In this document: piece by piece, positions 1-8,965 of the stretch
How the letters are laid out: each line of letters opens with the position of its first letter
Position numbering within the stretch: position 1 is the first letter of the stretch
NCBI GenBank assembly: GCA_018820315.1
Contig: JAHJOQ010000073.1
Location: 81,281 to 145,280, forward strand
Origin: Candidatus Zixiibacteriota bacterium
GTDB lineage: Bacteria; Zixibacteria; MSB-5A5; JAABVY01; JAHJOQ01
DNA length: 64,000 nucleotides
Direction of reading: 5' to 3'
Notes under the pieces: generated by a model
Databases searched by the model: none
The model's input: the letters and a program-made list of their open reading frames with translations, nothing else
Told to the model about the DNA's origin: nothing
Translations under genes and position numbers: made by a program

Positions 1-1
1 T

Positions 2-1372
2 GTGATGACGGGACTCAAGAATGATATATTTGCTGCTCTGCTTGCTTGTGGCAGCGTCTACGAAGTAGGAGGATGCGTTCGCGACTCTCTGTTCGGGCGC
101 GATGTGTCTGAGAAGGATCGCGATTATCTCGTTACCGGAATCCCTATTGATGAACTCATAGCATTACTCGGGCGATTCGGCAGGGTTGATGTTGTCGGGA
201 AATCGTTCGGTGTGATCAAATTCACGCCGCGAGGCGATGGCGCGTCACCGGCTGCCACATACGACATTGCACTTCCGAGACGCGAATTCTCAACCGGCCT
301 AGCTCACAGAGATTTCGAAGTCGATTTCGATCACATGATCCCGGTTGAGGAGGATCTCCTGCGGCGCGATTTTACCATCAATGCAGTCGCGCGAGATATG
401 AAAACCGGAGCTTTGATCGACCCTGTCGGTGGTCAGCGAGACATTGCAACGCGAACGCTGAGGATGATCAGCCCTAATAGCTTCACTGATGATCCACTGA
501 GGATTCTCAGAGGCATTCAATTTGCGGCGCGATTCGATCTCACGATCGAAGCGGAGACGATGCGCGCTATGCGCGAGCATGCGGATTTGATCACAACTGT
601 AACGCCCGAGCGAATCGGTGAAGAGCTGAACAAACTTCTGACGAGAGCGAAGATGCCGTCAGTCGGTTTCCTGCTGATGCAGGAAATTGGTCTCCTCAAA
701 CTGATTCTGCCGGAGCTCCATGAGTCTGTCGGCGTCACGCAGCCGGGTGGATATCACGCGCACAATGTTTTCGAGCACTCACTCTATGCTGTCGATGCGG
801 CGATCCCGACTCTGCGTCTCAGGTGGGCGGCGTTACTTCACGATGTGACGAAGCCGCAGTCAATGTGCGAGGTCGAGGGCGGCGTCACATTTTACGGCCA
901 CGAGACAAGCGGTGCCAGAGTGGCAAAGAAGGTGCTGAGGCGGCTTCGCTATCCCAATAACTTCGTTACAGAGGTCGCCACTCTGATAGACCAACATATG
1001 TTTTCGATTCCACCCTCAGATAAGGGCCTCCGTCGGCTTGTGCGTCGAACCGGCATTGATCTGATTTTCGATCTGCTCGATCTCAGACGCGCTGATGTTG
1101 TCGGTCAGGGAATGGGCAACAAGACTGATGATGTAGACGAGTTCGAGAAGCGAATCAAAGAGGAACTGGATCGAAAACCGCCGTTTTCCGTCAAGGATCT
1201 TGCAATTGGCGGAGATGATCTGATGATGCTGTTCAATATTCCCGAATCACCGATCATCGGAGATATTCTTTCCCATTTGTTGGAGATCGTGCTGGATGAT
1301 CCTGAAAAGAATAAAGAAGAAATATTAGTAGAGACAGTCAAGGAATACTTGCATTCTGAGGAGACTCGATGA
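2..1372 (+). CDS. cca: CCA-adding tRNA nucleotidyltransferase (PolyA-pol head domain plus HD domain); 5' end may lie before the window
   Basis: N-terminal GGCVRDSLFGRD...DxD nucleotidyltransferase motif, RRDFTINA motif and C-terminal HD region (LLHDVTKP). The stop overlaps the sucC start (ATGA). Confidence 0.8.
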   Translation: MMTGLKNDIFAALLACGSVYEVGGCVRDSLFGRDVSEKDRDYLVTGIPIDELIALLGRFGRVDVVGKSFGVIKFTPRGDGASPAATYDIALPRREFSTGLAHRDFEVDFDHMIPVEEDLLRRDFTINAVARDMKTGALIDPVGGQRDIATRTLRMISPNSFTDDPLRILRGIQFAARFDLTIEAETMRAMREHADLITTVTPERIGEELNKLLTRAKMPSVGFLLMQEIGLLKLILPELHESVGVTQPGGYHAHNVFEHSLYAVDAAIPTLRLRWAALLHDVTKPQSMCEVEGGVTFYGHETSGARVAKKVLRRLRYPNNFVTEVATLIDQHMFSIPPSDKGLRRLVRRTGIDLIFDLLDLRRADVVGQGMGNKTDDVDEFEKRIKEELDRKPPFSVKDLAIGGDDLMMLFNIPESPIIGDILSHLLEIVLDDPEKNKEEILVETVKEYLHSEETR

Positions 1373-2505
1373 AAATTCATGAGTATCAGGCGAAGGATAT
1401 CTTTGCACGTCACGGTATCCCCGTGCCGCCGGGAGAAGTCGTGACGACGCCGGAGGAAGCAAAACGCGTCGCCGAGAAAATAGGCAAAGCAGTAATGGTG
1501 AAATCGCAGGTGCATGTCGGTGGTCGCGGGAAGGCGGGTGGCGTGAAATATGCCGAAAACCCCGAAGCGGCTTTCCAACATGCCAGCAACATCCTGGGTA
1601 TGGACATCAAAGGCCTGATAGTGAAGAAAGTGCTGATCACTGAGGCAGTCGATATCACTTCCGAGTCGTATGTCGGGATCATAATCGATAGATCGGCGAA
1701 GAAGCCTGTGTTCATGGTTTCTCCGGCAGGTGGAATTGACATTGAGCAGGTCGCCAAGGAGACGCCCGAGAGGATTTTCAAGCGGCATATCGATCCGCTT
1801 CTGGGAATGTCGATGTATGAGGCACGCGCGCTTGGATACAAGCTGTACGATGATCCAAAGCTGGTCAATCAGGCGGCGAAGATAATCCTGAAGCTGTATG
1901 AAGCTTTCATGGCGAGTGATGCATCTCTCGCTGAAATCAACCCTCTGATCACTACCTCGGAAGGTCAGGTGCTTGCGATCGATGCGAAGATCAACATCGA
2001 TGACAACGGGCTGTTCCGTCATCCCGACATCGAAGCACTTCGCGATATGGATGCCGAAGACAAATCTGAGATGGATGCGCGCGATGCGGGCCTGTCATTT
2101 GTCAAGCTCGATGGCAACATCGGATGCATCGTCAACGGCGCAGGTCTGGCTATGGCTACTATGGATCTGGTTAAGTACTACGGTGGTGATCCGGCCAATT
2201 TCCTCGACATCGGAGGATCATCGAATCCCGAGAAGGTCGTCAATGCAATGAAAATAATTCTGCGTGATACGAACGTAAGAGCGATCCTGTTTAACATATT
2301 CGGCGGCATCACGCGCTGCGACGATGTCGCGACGGGAATCGTTGAAGCGATCAACAGGCTGCAGCCATCAGTTCCGATCGTCATCAGGCTGACCGGGACC
2401 AACGAAGAAGAGGCTCGCAGGATTCTCGAAGAAGTTAAGCTACCCGCAGCTACATCAATGGATGAGGTCGTCCAGAAGGCGATAGAAGTTGCGGGAATAA
2501 ATTGA
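1369..2505 (+). CDS. sucC: Succinyl-CoA synthetase beta subunit (ATP-grasp)
   Basis: MKIHEYQAKDIFARHGIPVP N-terminus and ~378 aa length match SucC. Immediately followed by sucD. Confidence 0.93.
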   Translation: MKIHEYQAKDIFARHGIPVPPGEVVTTPEEAKRVAEKIGKAVMVKSQVHVGGRGKAGGVKYAENPEAAFQHASNILGMDIKGLIVKKVLITEAVDITSESYVGIIIDRSAKKPVFMVSPAGGIDIEQVAKETPERIFKRHIDPLLGMSMYEARALGYKLYDDPKLVNQAAKIILKLYEAFMASDASLAEINPLITTSEGQVLAIDAKINIDDNGLFRHPDIEALRDMDAEDKSEMDARDAGLSFVKLDGNIGCIVNGAGLAMATMDLVKYYGGDPANFLDIGGSSNPEKVVNAMKIILRDTNVRAILFNIFGGITRCDDVATGIVEAINRLQPSVPIVIRLTGTNEEEARRILEEVKLPAATSMDEVVQKAIEVAGIN

Positions 2506-2576
2506 CGTGGATGATCAAAAGAGATCAAATCGAATCGGCCAAATGAGGATTGTGGAACAAGAGGTCAGAGGTTAAC

Positions 2577-3755
2577 ATGAGCATATTCGTTGATGGAAAG
2601 ACTAAGATCGTTGTGCAGGGAATAACCGGTCGTGACGGTTCATTCCATGCGAAACAGATGAAGGAATACGGTTCAAAGGTCGTCGCCGGTGTAACGCCGG
2701 GCAAGGGCGGCCAGAATCTCGACGGCATTCCGATTTTTAATACGGTTGAGGATGCGGTGAGAGCGACCGGCGCCAACACTTCGGTGATTTACGTTCCGGT
2801 GGCGTTTGCAATCGATGCAATCTATGAAGCAGCAGATGCTGGCGCGAAGCTAATCGTCTGCATTACCGAGGGTGTTCCGGCGAATGACATGCTGAATGTC
2901 TACAATTATCTGAAGGACAAAGACTGCCGCCTTATCGGCCCGAATTGCCCCGGAATCATCAGCCCCGGCAAGACGAAAGTCGGCATCATGCCTGGTCACA
3001 TCAGCAAGCCTGGCAAGGTCGGAGTCGTATCACGCTCCGGCACGTTGACATATGAAGTCGTATACAATCTCACGCTCGCCGGGCTCGGTCAGTCGACCTG
3101 TATCGGAATTGGCGGCGATCAGATCATCGGGACGAATTTTATTGATTGTCTGGAAGCATTCCAGGCTGATCCGGCGACTGAAGCGATTGTCATGATCGGT
3201 GAGATAGGCGGCTCTGACGAAGAGGAGGCCGCTGCATACATCAAGAAGAACGTAACAAAGCCGGTCGTCTCGTTCATTGCGGGTCAGACTGCGCCTCCGG
3301 GGAAGCGCATGGGACATGCAGGCGCGATAATTTCCGGCGGTACCGGTACTGCTGCGGACAAGGTAAAGGCGTTGAATGCAGCCGGTATTCCAGTTGCTGA
3401 AACTCCGGCACAGGTCGCTACAGTCATGGCAGAGCTGATCGCAAAGTCCAAAGCGGCAAGAAAGAAGACTGCTAAGCCGGCAAAGAAGAAAGCAGCGAAG
3501 AAAACAGTCAAGAAGGTCGTGAAGAAAGTAGCTAAGAAGGCGGCTAAGAAGACTGTCAAAAAGGTTGCGAAAAAGAAGGCTGCAAAGAAGGCCCCCAAGG
3601 CTACAAAGAAAGTAGTCAAGAAGGTCTCAAAGAAGGCAGCGACCAAGAAGAAGTCTGTGAAGAAAGCTATCAAGAAAACTGCAAAGAAGATAACAAAGAA
3701 AACGTCCAAGAAGACGACCGCGCGCTCTCGTAAGACATCGGGCAAGCGCAAATAG
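2577..3755 (+). CDS. sucD: Succinyl-CoA synthetase alpha subunit with a ~103 aa C-terminal Lys/Ala-rich histone-H1-like extension
   Basis: The core (~289 aa) has the CoA-binding and citrate-lyase-like motifs ([18 protein letters not shown]). The tail is [18 protein letters not shown]... to the stop codon. The likely start is ATG at 2577 (MSIFVDGK), downstream of the track start at 2550. Confidence 0.9.
   Translation: MSIFVDGKTKIVVQGITGRDGSFHAKQMKEYGSKVVAGVTPGKGGQNLDGIPIFNTVEDAVRATGANTSVIYVPVAFAIDAIYEAADAGAKLIVCITEGVPANDMLNVYNYLKDKDCRLIGPNCPGIISPGKTKVGIMPGHISKPGKVGVVSRSGTLTYEVVYNLTLAGLGQSTCIGIGGDQIIGTNFIDCLEAFQADPATEAIVMIGEIGGSDEEEAAAYIKKNVTKPVVSFIAGQTAPPGKRMGHAGAIISGGTGTAADKVKALNAAGIPVAETPAQVATVMAELIAKSKAARKKTAKPAKKKAAKKTVKKVVKKVAKKAAKKTVKKVAKKKAAKKAPKATKKVVKKVSKKAATKKKSVKKAIKKTAKKITKKTSKKTTARSRKTSGKRK
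3444..3755 (+). repeat. Low-complexity imperfect tandem AAG/AAA-GCN-rich coding repeat encoding the SucD K/A-rich tail
   Basis: Visible DNA periodicity (aagaaggtcgtgaagaaagtagctaagaaggcggctaagaag...). The antisense ORFs on this stretch (Phe-rich) are artefacts of the repeat. Confidence 0.8.
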
Positions 3756-3773
3756 GCCGCCGGGAGTTTGCAA

Positions 3774-4055
3774 ATGACAGATAAACCGGAAAAAGCAGAA
3801 GAAAAGCCTCCAGAGAAGGTACAGACGGAGGCTGCGCCGGCCAAGAAGGGTAAAGGTGCTGGATCCGACGACCCTCTGACCATCTTCTACCACTGGTGTA
3901 AGGCGTGCAATATTTGCATAGCCTTTTGTCCTCAGAAGGTCTTCGAACCGGATCGAGATGGTAAGCCACAGATTGTACGTCCTCGGGATTGCTCCCAGTG
4001 TGCATTCTGTTGGCTGCACTGTCCTGACTTGGCGATAATTTCCAACGAGAAGTAG
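3774..4055 (+). CDS. korD: 2-oxoglutarate:ferredoxin oxidoreductase delta subunit (dicluster 4Fe-4S ferredoxin)
   Basis: Two CxxCxxCxxxCP motifs (CKACNICIAFCP; CSQCAFCWLHCP). Lies directly upstream of korA. Short K/E/P-rich N-terminus. Confidence 0.8.
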   Translation: MTDKPEKAEEKPPEKVQTEAAPAKKGKGAGSDDPLTIFYHWCKACNICIAFCPQKVFEPDRDGKPQIVRPRDCSQCAFCWLHCPDLAIISNEK

Positions 4056-4066
4056 AGGAGCGGCAA

Positions 4067-5224
4067 ATGAAGAGAGAAGTAAAACTGCTGCAAGGTAACG
4101 AAGCCTGTGTCGAAGGCGCTATCATGGCCGGCGTCCGCTTCTTCGGTGGATATCCCATCACACCCTCTACGGAAATCGCTGAGGGAATGGCGCGAAGACT
4201 GCCGCTGATCGGGGGACGTTTCGTCCAGATGGAGGATGAGATTGCCTCGATGGCATCGATTATAGGCGCATCATGTGCGGGTGTCAAGTCAATGACGGCG
4301 ACGTCGGGACCTGGCTTCTCGCTGATGCAGGAGAACCTGGGCTACGCATACATAACCGAGACGCCTACCGTGATCGTTGACGTTCAGCGGGGTGGCCCTT
4401 CGACAGGCCTCCCGACTAAAGTGTCTCAGGCAGATACGATGCAGGCCGGATTCGGGACTCACGGCGACTATTATGCGATTGCGCTGGCTCCGTCGAGCGT
4501 GGAAGAGATTCTGTATGCGACGATAGAGGCTGTGAATCTGTCTGAGACGTACAGAACGCCTGTGATCCTGCTGCTTGATGAAGTGCTCGCGCATATGCGA
4601 GAGAAGGTAGAGATTCCATTTCCTGACGAGATTCAGGTAGTGAAGCGTAAACGCCCTACGGTACCGCCGGATTGGTACAAACATTTTGCAATCTCGGCGA
4701 CCGGGGTTTCGGCGATGGCGAAGTTCGGTGATGGCTATCGCTTTAATATAACCGGGCTGACACACGATGAACTCGGATTTCCGACCGCGGTTCCTTCCGA
4801 AATCGCAGCCATGCTCGACAAGCTCAAACAGAAGATTGTCAAGAATGCTGAATTGACATGCCAGTTTGAGTACACCGAGATGGATGATGATCCAAATGTG
4901 GCTATATTCTCCTACGGGATCGTCGCTCGTGCAGCCAAGCAGGCCGTCATGATGGCCCGCGACCACAGGCTGAAAGTCGGTGCGATTCGACCCAAGGCAA
5001 TCTGGCCGTTGGCAGCAAACACCCTGCGAAAGCGGCTGAAAAAGGTTAGAAAACTGATCGTAGCTGAACTGAACCAGGGACAACTTATCAATCAGATCAA
5101 ACATCATGTGGACAGGCGGCACACCGAAATCATACCTCTTCAGAGATATGACGGTGAACTGATAACGCCCGCCCAGATTCTTCAAAAAGTCAAGGAGGTA
5201 AAGCATCATGGAACAGAAATCTGA
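4067..5224 (+). CDS. korA: 2-oxoacid:ferredoxin oxidoreductase alpha subunit
   Basis: The N-terminus (LLQGNEACVEGAIMAGVRFFGGYPITPSTEI) is typical of KorA/PorA. Confidence 0.9.
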   Translation: MKREVKLLQGNEACVEGAIMAGVRFFGGYPITPSTEIAEGMARRLPLIGGRFVQMEDEIASMASIIGASCAGVKSMTATSGPGFSLMQENLGYAYITETPTVIVDVQRGGPSTGLPTKVSQADTMQAGFGTHGDYYAIALAPSSVEEILYATIEAVNLSETYRTPVILLLDEVLAHMREKVEIPFPDEIQVVKRKRPTVPPDWYKHFAISATGVSAMAKFGDGYRFNITGLTHDELGFPTAVPSEIAAMLDKLKQKIVKNAELTCQFEYTEMDDDPNVAIFSYGIVARAAKQAVMMARDHRLKVGAIRPKAIWPLAANTLRKRLKKVRKLIVAELNQGQLINQIKHHVDRRHTEIIPLQRYDGELITPAQILQKVKEVKHHGTEI

Positions 5225-6047
5225 TGTAATTCATCGTTACCTCCGGCCGAAGAAGAAATTTCCGCATGTGTGGTGTTCCGGCTGCGGACTTGGAGTGATC
5301 CTCGGATCGCTGATTCGTTCGATCGACGCTCTGGAAATACCGAAAGACAATATTACAGTCTGTTCGGGCATTGGATGTTCGTCGCGTCTGCCGGTGTACG
5401 TCGATTTCAACACTCTGCACACCACGCACGGGCGTGCGATTGCTTTTGCAACGGGCGTGAAAGTCGCTAACGACCGTCTCAAAGTGATCGTAGTGACTGG
5501 TGACGGTGACTGCCTTGCAATTGGCGGCAACCACTTCATCCATGCCTGCCGCAGGAATATTGATATAACGGTGATTCTTGCGAATAACTGGATATACGGC
5601 ATGACAGGCGGTCAGTATTCGCCGACGACACCGACGACCAAGTTTGGCTCTACTGCGCCATATGGGAACCTCGAGCAACCATTCGATCCGGCCAAACTGG
5701 CGATTGCGTCGGGCGCTGCCTACGTTGCGCGCACGACGGTATATCACGTCGATCAGATGGACAAGATGATTAAAGGTGCCCTTGCTAAGAAGGGCTTCTC
5801 TGTCGTTGAGGTGATCTCGAACTGTCATACCTACTTCGGGCGCCTGAACCGCGCAGGTGATGCTGTCCAGATGCTCGACTGGATGAAGAAGCATGCCATG
5901 CCGATCCAGGCCGCGAGGAAGCTTCCTCCGGAGAAGATGGAAGGCAAGTTCGTGACGGGTCTCCTTCACGATGAAGAGAAGGATGAGTATTGCGAGAAGT
6001 ACGCTCGTCTGGTCGATGAACTTATGAACAAGTCTGGAGCGAGGTAG
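5208..6047 (+). CDS. korB: 2-oxoacid:ferredoxin oxidoreductase beta subunit (TPP-binding)
   Basis: CSGCG...GDGD TPP-binding motif (VVTGDGDCLAIGGNHFIHA). Overlaps the korA stop. Confidence 0.9.
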   Translation: MEQKSDVIHRYLRPKKKFPHVWCSGCGLGVILGSLIRSIDALEIPKDNITVCSGIGCSSRLPVYVDFNTLHTTHGRAIAFATGVKVANDRLKVIVVTGDGDCLAIGGNHFIHACRRNIDITVILANNWIYGMTGGQYSPTTPTTKFGSTAPYGNLEQPFDPAKLAIASGAAYVARTTVYHVDQMDKMIKGALAKKGFSVVEVISNCHTYFGRLNRAGDAVQMLDWMKKHAMPIQAARKLPPEKMEGKFVTGLLHDEEKDEYCEKYARLVDELMNKSGAR

Positions 6048-6051
6048 TACG

Positions 6052-6624
6052 ATGCCGGATAAAACCAAACATGCCGTCGGTTCCGACCGATTTGAGATAC
6101 GCCTTTCCGGCTCAGGTGGTCAGGGTCTGATCCTTGCCGGAGTCATTCTGGCTGAGGCTATAGGGACAATCGACGGGAAGAATGTCACACAAACGCAGTC
6201 CTATGGACCTGAAGCTCGTGGCGGAGCGTCGAGAGCCGACGTCGTTGTATCGAAAGATGAGATTTATTATCCTAAGACGATGAAGCTCGACTTGCTTCTT
6301 GCGCTGACTCAGGAGGCGTGTGACACGTATTTCCATGATCTGAAGGATGGCGGAATTTTCATGATTGATTCTCATATGGTGACACAGCCACCTACTCCCA
6401 ATTGCTATGGATTCCCGTTTGTGCAGCTTGCGAAAAGCGAGATCGGCGTTGCTATGGTAGCCAACGTAATTTCGCTCGGTGCAATATGCGAGCTGACAGG
6501 AATCGTTTCGAAGCACGCGTTGACGGAAATAGTAAAGAAACGTGCCCCGAGAGGAACCGAGGAGAAGAACCTCAAGGCTCTCGAGCTCGGATTCAAGATT
6601 GCGCGCGAATACAAGAACGCGTAA
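6052..6624 (+). CDS. korC: 2-oxoacid:ferredoxin oxidoreductase gamma subunit
   Basis: SGSGGQGLILAGVILAEA motif of the POR/KOR gamma family, ~190 aa. Confidence 0.88.
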   Translation: MPDKTKHAVGSDRFEIRLSGSGGQGLILAGVILAEAIGTIDGKNVTQTQSYGPEARGGASRADVVVSKDEIYYPKTMKLDLLLALTQEACDTYFHDLKDGGIFMIDSHMVTQPPTPNCYGFPFVQLAKSEIGVAMVANVISLGAICELTGIVSKHALTEIVKKRAPRGTEEKNLKALELGFKIAREYKNA

Positions 6625-6734
6625 GAAGCTGGAGCGATGGAGAAGAAGCTGCTGATAATCAAGCCTGATTTGACCGAGACTGCAAAGGCTGAGATATCGT
6701 TTTTCTTTGGAGATTTCTGAGACGGAATCAACGG

Positions 6735-7985
6735 ATGATGACAATTAGAATTCCATATGGCGACGACAAGCTGGAGATCACCGTGCCGGATGAACACTTT
6801 GGCGGATTGATCGAACAGAAGCGTCAGGTAGCTGCGAGGAACGTGTCATCTCTCATCAAGGATTCGCTCGCTGCTGATCGACTTGGAGAGTTTCTCGGAG
6901 ATTCGACCAGAGTTCTTGTTGTTGTGAATGACTCCTATCGGTGGACGCCATCGCATCTTGTGCTCGCGGAGCTGAGTCAATACTTGAGAAAGATTTCAGA
7001 CGTGCGATTAATCGTGGCAACCGGCCTGCACAGAAAGCCTACTGATTCCGAAATCGACAGGATTCTGGGAGATGGGTGCGATATTTCCCGGTCCGGGATC
7101 GCATACTCAGATGCGTACGACGCAGATCAATTCGACTGCATCGGCAAGTGGAGGAGCGGCAAAGATGTTCTTGTGCACAAGCTGTTCGGCTGGGCTGAGA
7201 AGGTGATTGTGATCAGCTCCGTGGAACCGCACTACTTTGCTGGTTTCTCAGGCGGCCCGAAGTCTTTTGTACCCGGACTCGCGCACAAGAGTACTATTGA
7301 AGCGAATCACTCTCTCGCTGTCAGCAGTGACTGCCAGCCTTGCATTCTCGAGGGCAACCCTTTTGCAGAGTCGCTCAGGGAGGCTGTCGATCTGCTCGAT
7401 TTGTCGAGAGTCTACGCGATTCAGCTCGTCTTGAACACGCACGAGGATGTTGTTGGCGTGTTCACCGGCGATCTGTGGAGCAGTTTCGGCCGGGCGGTCG
7501 ATTGCGCGAGATCGGTATTCGTCGAGAAAGTCGATCGTCAGTATCCGGTTGTAGTTGCAGTCAATTCGCCTCCGCTTGACAGGAATCTCTATCAGATGCA
7601 GAAAGTGTATGAGAATACGAAAGGTTTGGTGATGGATGGAGGTTCGATCATTGTCGTCTCGAAATGCCAGGAAGGCGTCGGCAATGATGAGTTCCTGAAT
7701 CTCGCCGCCAAGTATCCTGAGCCTCAGGATGTTCTTAACGCCAAGGTCGAGGGATGGAGTCTCGGTTTCCACAAGCTGTACAGAACTGCGTTGGCGAAGA
7801 AAAGAATCAGCATATTTGCCAAGACTGATGTCGATCCGGAAATTGTCCGACGTGTGTATCTCGATCCGATCGATGATCTGCAGTCGAAGATCAATGAAGA
7901 ATTAGAGAAGTTTGGAAAAGAGTCAAAGGTAATGTTTATATTGGATGCAGGCCATGTCGTTCCACACGTGGATCGGGCCGCATAG
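6735..7985 (+). CDS. LarA-family (nickel-pincer nucleotide-dependent) 2-hydroxyacid racemase/epimerase homolog
   Basis: N-terminal DUF2088-like region (IPYGDDKLEITVPDE...LVVVNDSYRWTP), GLHRKPT motif and HYFAGFSGGPKSFVPGLAHKSTIEANH. These match the LarA cofactor-anchoring Lys/His region (HYFAGFSGGRKS in L. plantarum LarA), recalled from memory. Confidence 0.65.
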   Translation: MMTIRIPYGDDKLEITVPDEHFGGLIEQKRQVAARNVSSLIKDSLAADRLGEFLGDSTRVLVVVNDSYRWTPSHLVLAELSQYLRKISDVRLIVATGLHRKPTDSEIDRILGDGCDISRSGIAYSDAYDADQFDCIGKWRSGKDVLVHKLFGWAEKVIVISSVEPHYFAGFSGGPKSFVPGLAHKSTIEANHSLAVSSDCQPCILEGNPFAESLREAVDLLDLSRVYAIQLVLNTHEDVVGVFTGDLWSSFGRAVDCARSVFVEKVDRQYPVVVAVNSPPLDRNLYQMQKVYENTKGLVMDGGSIIVVSKCQEGVGNDEFLNLAAKYPEPQDVLNAKVEGWSLGFHKLYRTALAKKRISIFAKTDVDPEIVRRVYLDPIDDLQSKINEELEKFGKESKVMFILDAGHVVPHVDRAA

Positions 7986-8009
7986 TATCAAACGGAACAG
8001 GAGGATTTC

Positions 8010-8942
8010 ATGCGAAGGAAAGTAGCAGTTATAGGAGCGGGTAACGTTGGTGCATCGGTTGCTCAGTATCTTGCTCAGAAGAACCTGTGCAACATAGTGC
8101 TTGTCGATATTCCCGAGAAAGAAGGCATGCCTGCCGGTAAGGCGCTCGATCTTATGCAGGCCGGTCCGATCGATAACTACGATTGCAGTGTAGTTGGTAC
8201 GTTCGACTTTGCGGAAATCAAGGATTCCGACATTGTCGTCGTCACATCCGGTCTCGCTCGCAAGCCGGGCATGTCTCGCGAAGATCTTCTCAAGGCCAAT
8301 GCAGCGATCATCAAATCTGTTTCTGAGAATGTTGCCAAGCACGCCCCCCAATCGATGGTCATCATGGTTGCGAATCCGCTCGATCTGATGACGTATCATG
8401 CCTGGAAGGTGACCGGATTCCCGACCAACCGCGTATTCGGTCAGGCCGGCATTCTCGATTCCATTCGTTTCCGTACGTTTGTCGCGATGGAGCTCGGCGT
8501 GTCCGTAAATGACACACAGGCGATGGTGCTCGGCGGCCACGGCGACACAATGGTACCGGTTCCGTCATACACGACCGTTGCCGGCATCCCGATCACTGAG
8601 TTGCTTCCTGCGGATCGCATCCAGGCTATCTGCGATCGCACCAGAACGGGTGGCGGCGAAATCGTCAAGCTGCTCAAGACCGGATCGGCATACTATGCTC
8701 CGGCGCGCGCTGCCGTCGATATGGTCGAGTCAGTTCTTTCAGATCGCAAGAGAGTTTTGCCATGCTCGGCGTACCTAACCGGCCAGTATGGTCTCAAAGA
8801 TGTCTACATCGGTGTCCCGTGCGTTCTCGGTGCCAACGGTGTAGAGAAGATCTTCGAACTCAAGCTCAGCGTAGCGGATCTTGAGCTTCTGCAGAAGTCA
8901 GGCAACACTTACAAAGAGCATCTGAAAGAGCTGGGATATTAG
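8010..8942 (+). CDS. mdh: Malate dehydrogenase (LDH-like, NAD-dependent)
   Basis: KVAVIGAGNVGASVA Rossmann motif, a catalytic His region and ~310 aa length. Confidence 0.9.
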   Translation: MRRKVAVIGAGNVGASVAQYLAQKNLCNIVLVDIPEKEGMPAGKALDLMQAGPIDNYDCSVVGTFDFAEIKDSDIVVVTSGLARKPGMSREDLLKANAAIIKSVSENVAKHAPQSMVIMVANPLDLMTYHAWKVTGFPTNRVFGQAGILDSIRFRTFVAMELGVSVNDTQAMVLGGHGDTMVPVPSYTTVAGIPITELLPADRIQAICDRTRTGGGEIVKLLKTGSAYYAPARAAVDMVESVLSDRKRVLPCSAYLTGQYGLKDVYIGVPCVLGANGVEKIFELKLSVADLELLQKSGNTYKEHLKELGY

Positions 8943-8965
8943 CTCGAATTGAAAGGAACCGCTGA

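Noticed and set aside
1105-2022. 305 aa minus-strand ORF overlapping cca and sucC
   Set aside because: It is antisense to two genes with strong homology. A typical GC-rich shadow ORF.
3284-3883. 199 aa minus-strand ORF (Phe/Ala-rich) and the neighbouring antisense ORFs 3627..4019 and 3670..4287
   Set aside because: They are antisense to the AAG-repeat tail of sucD and to korD. Their low-complexity composition is the mirror image of the Lys-rich repeat, and the sense-strand genes have clear homology.
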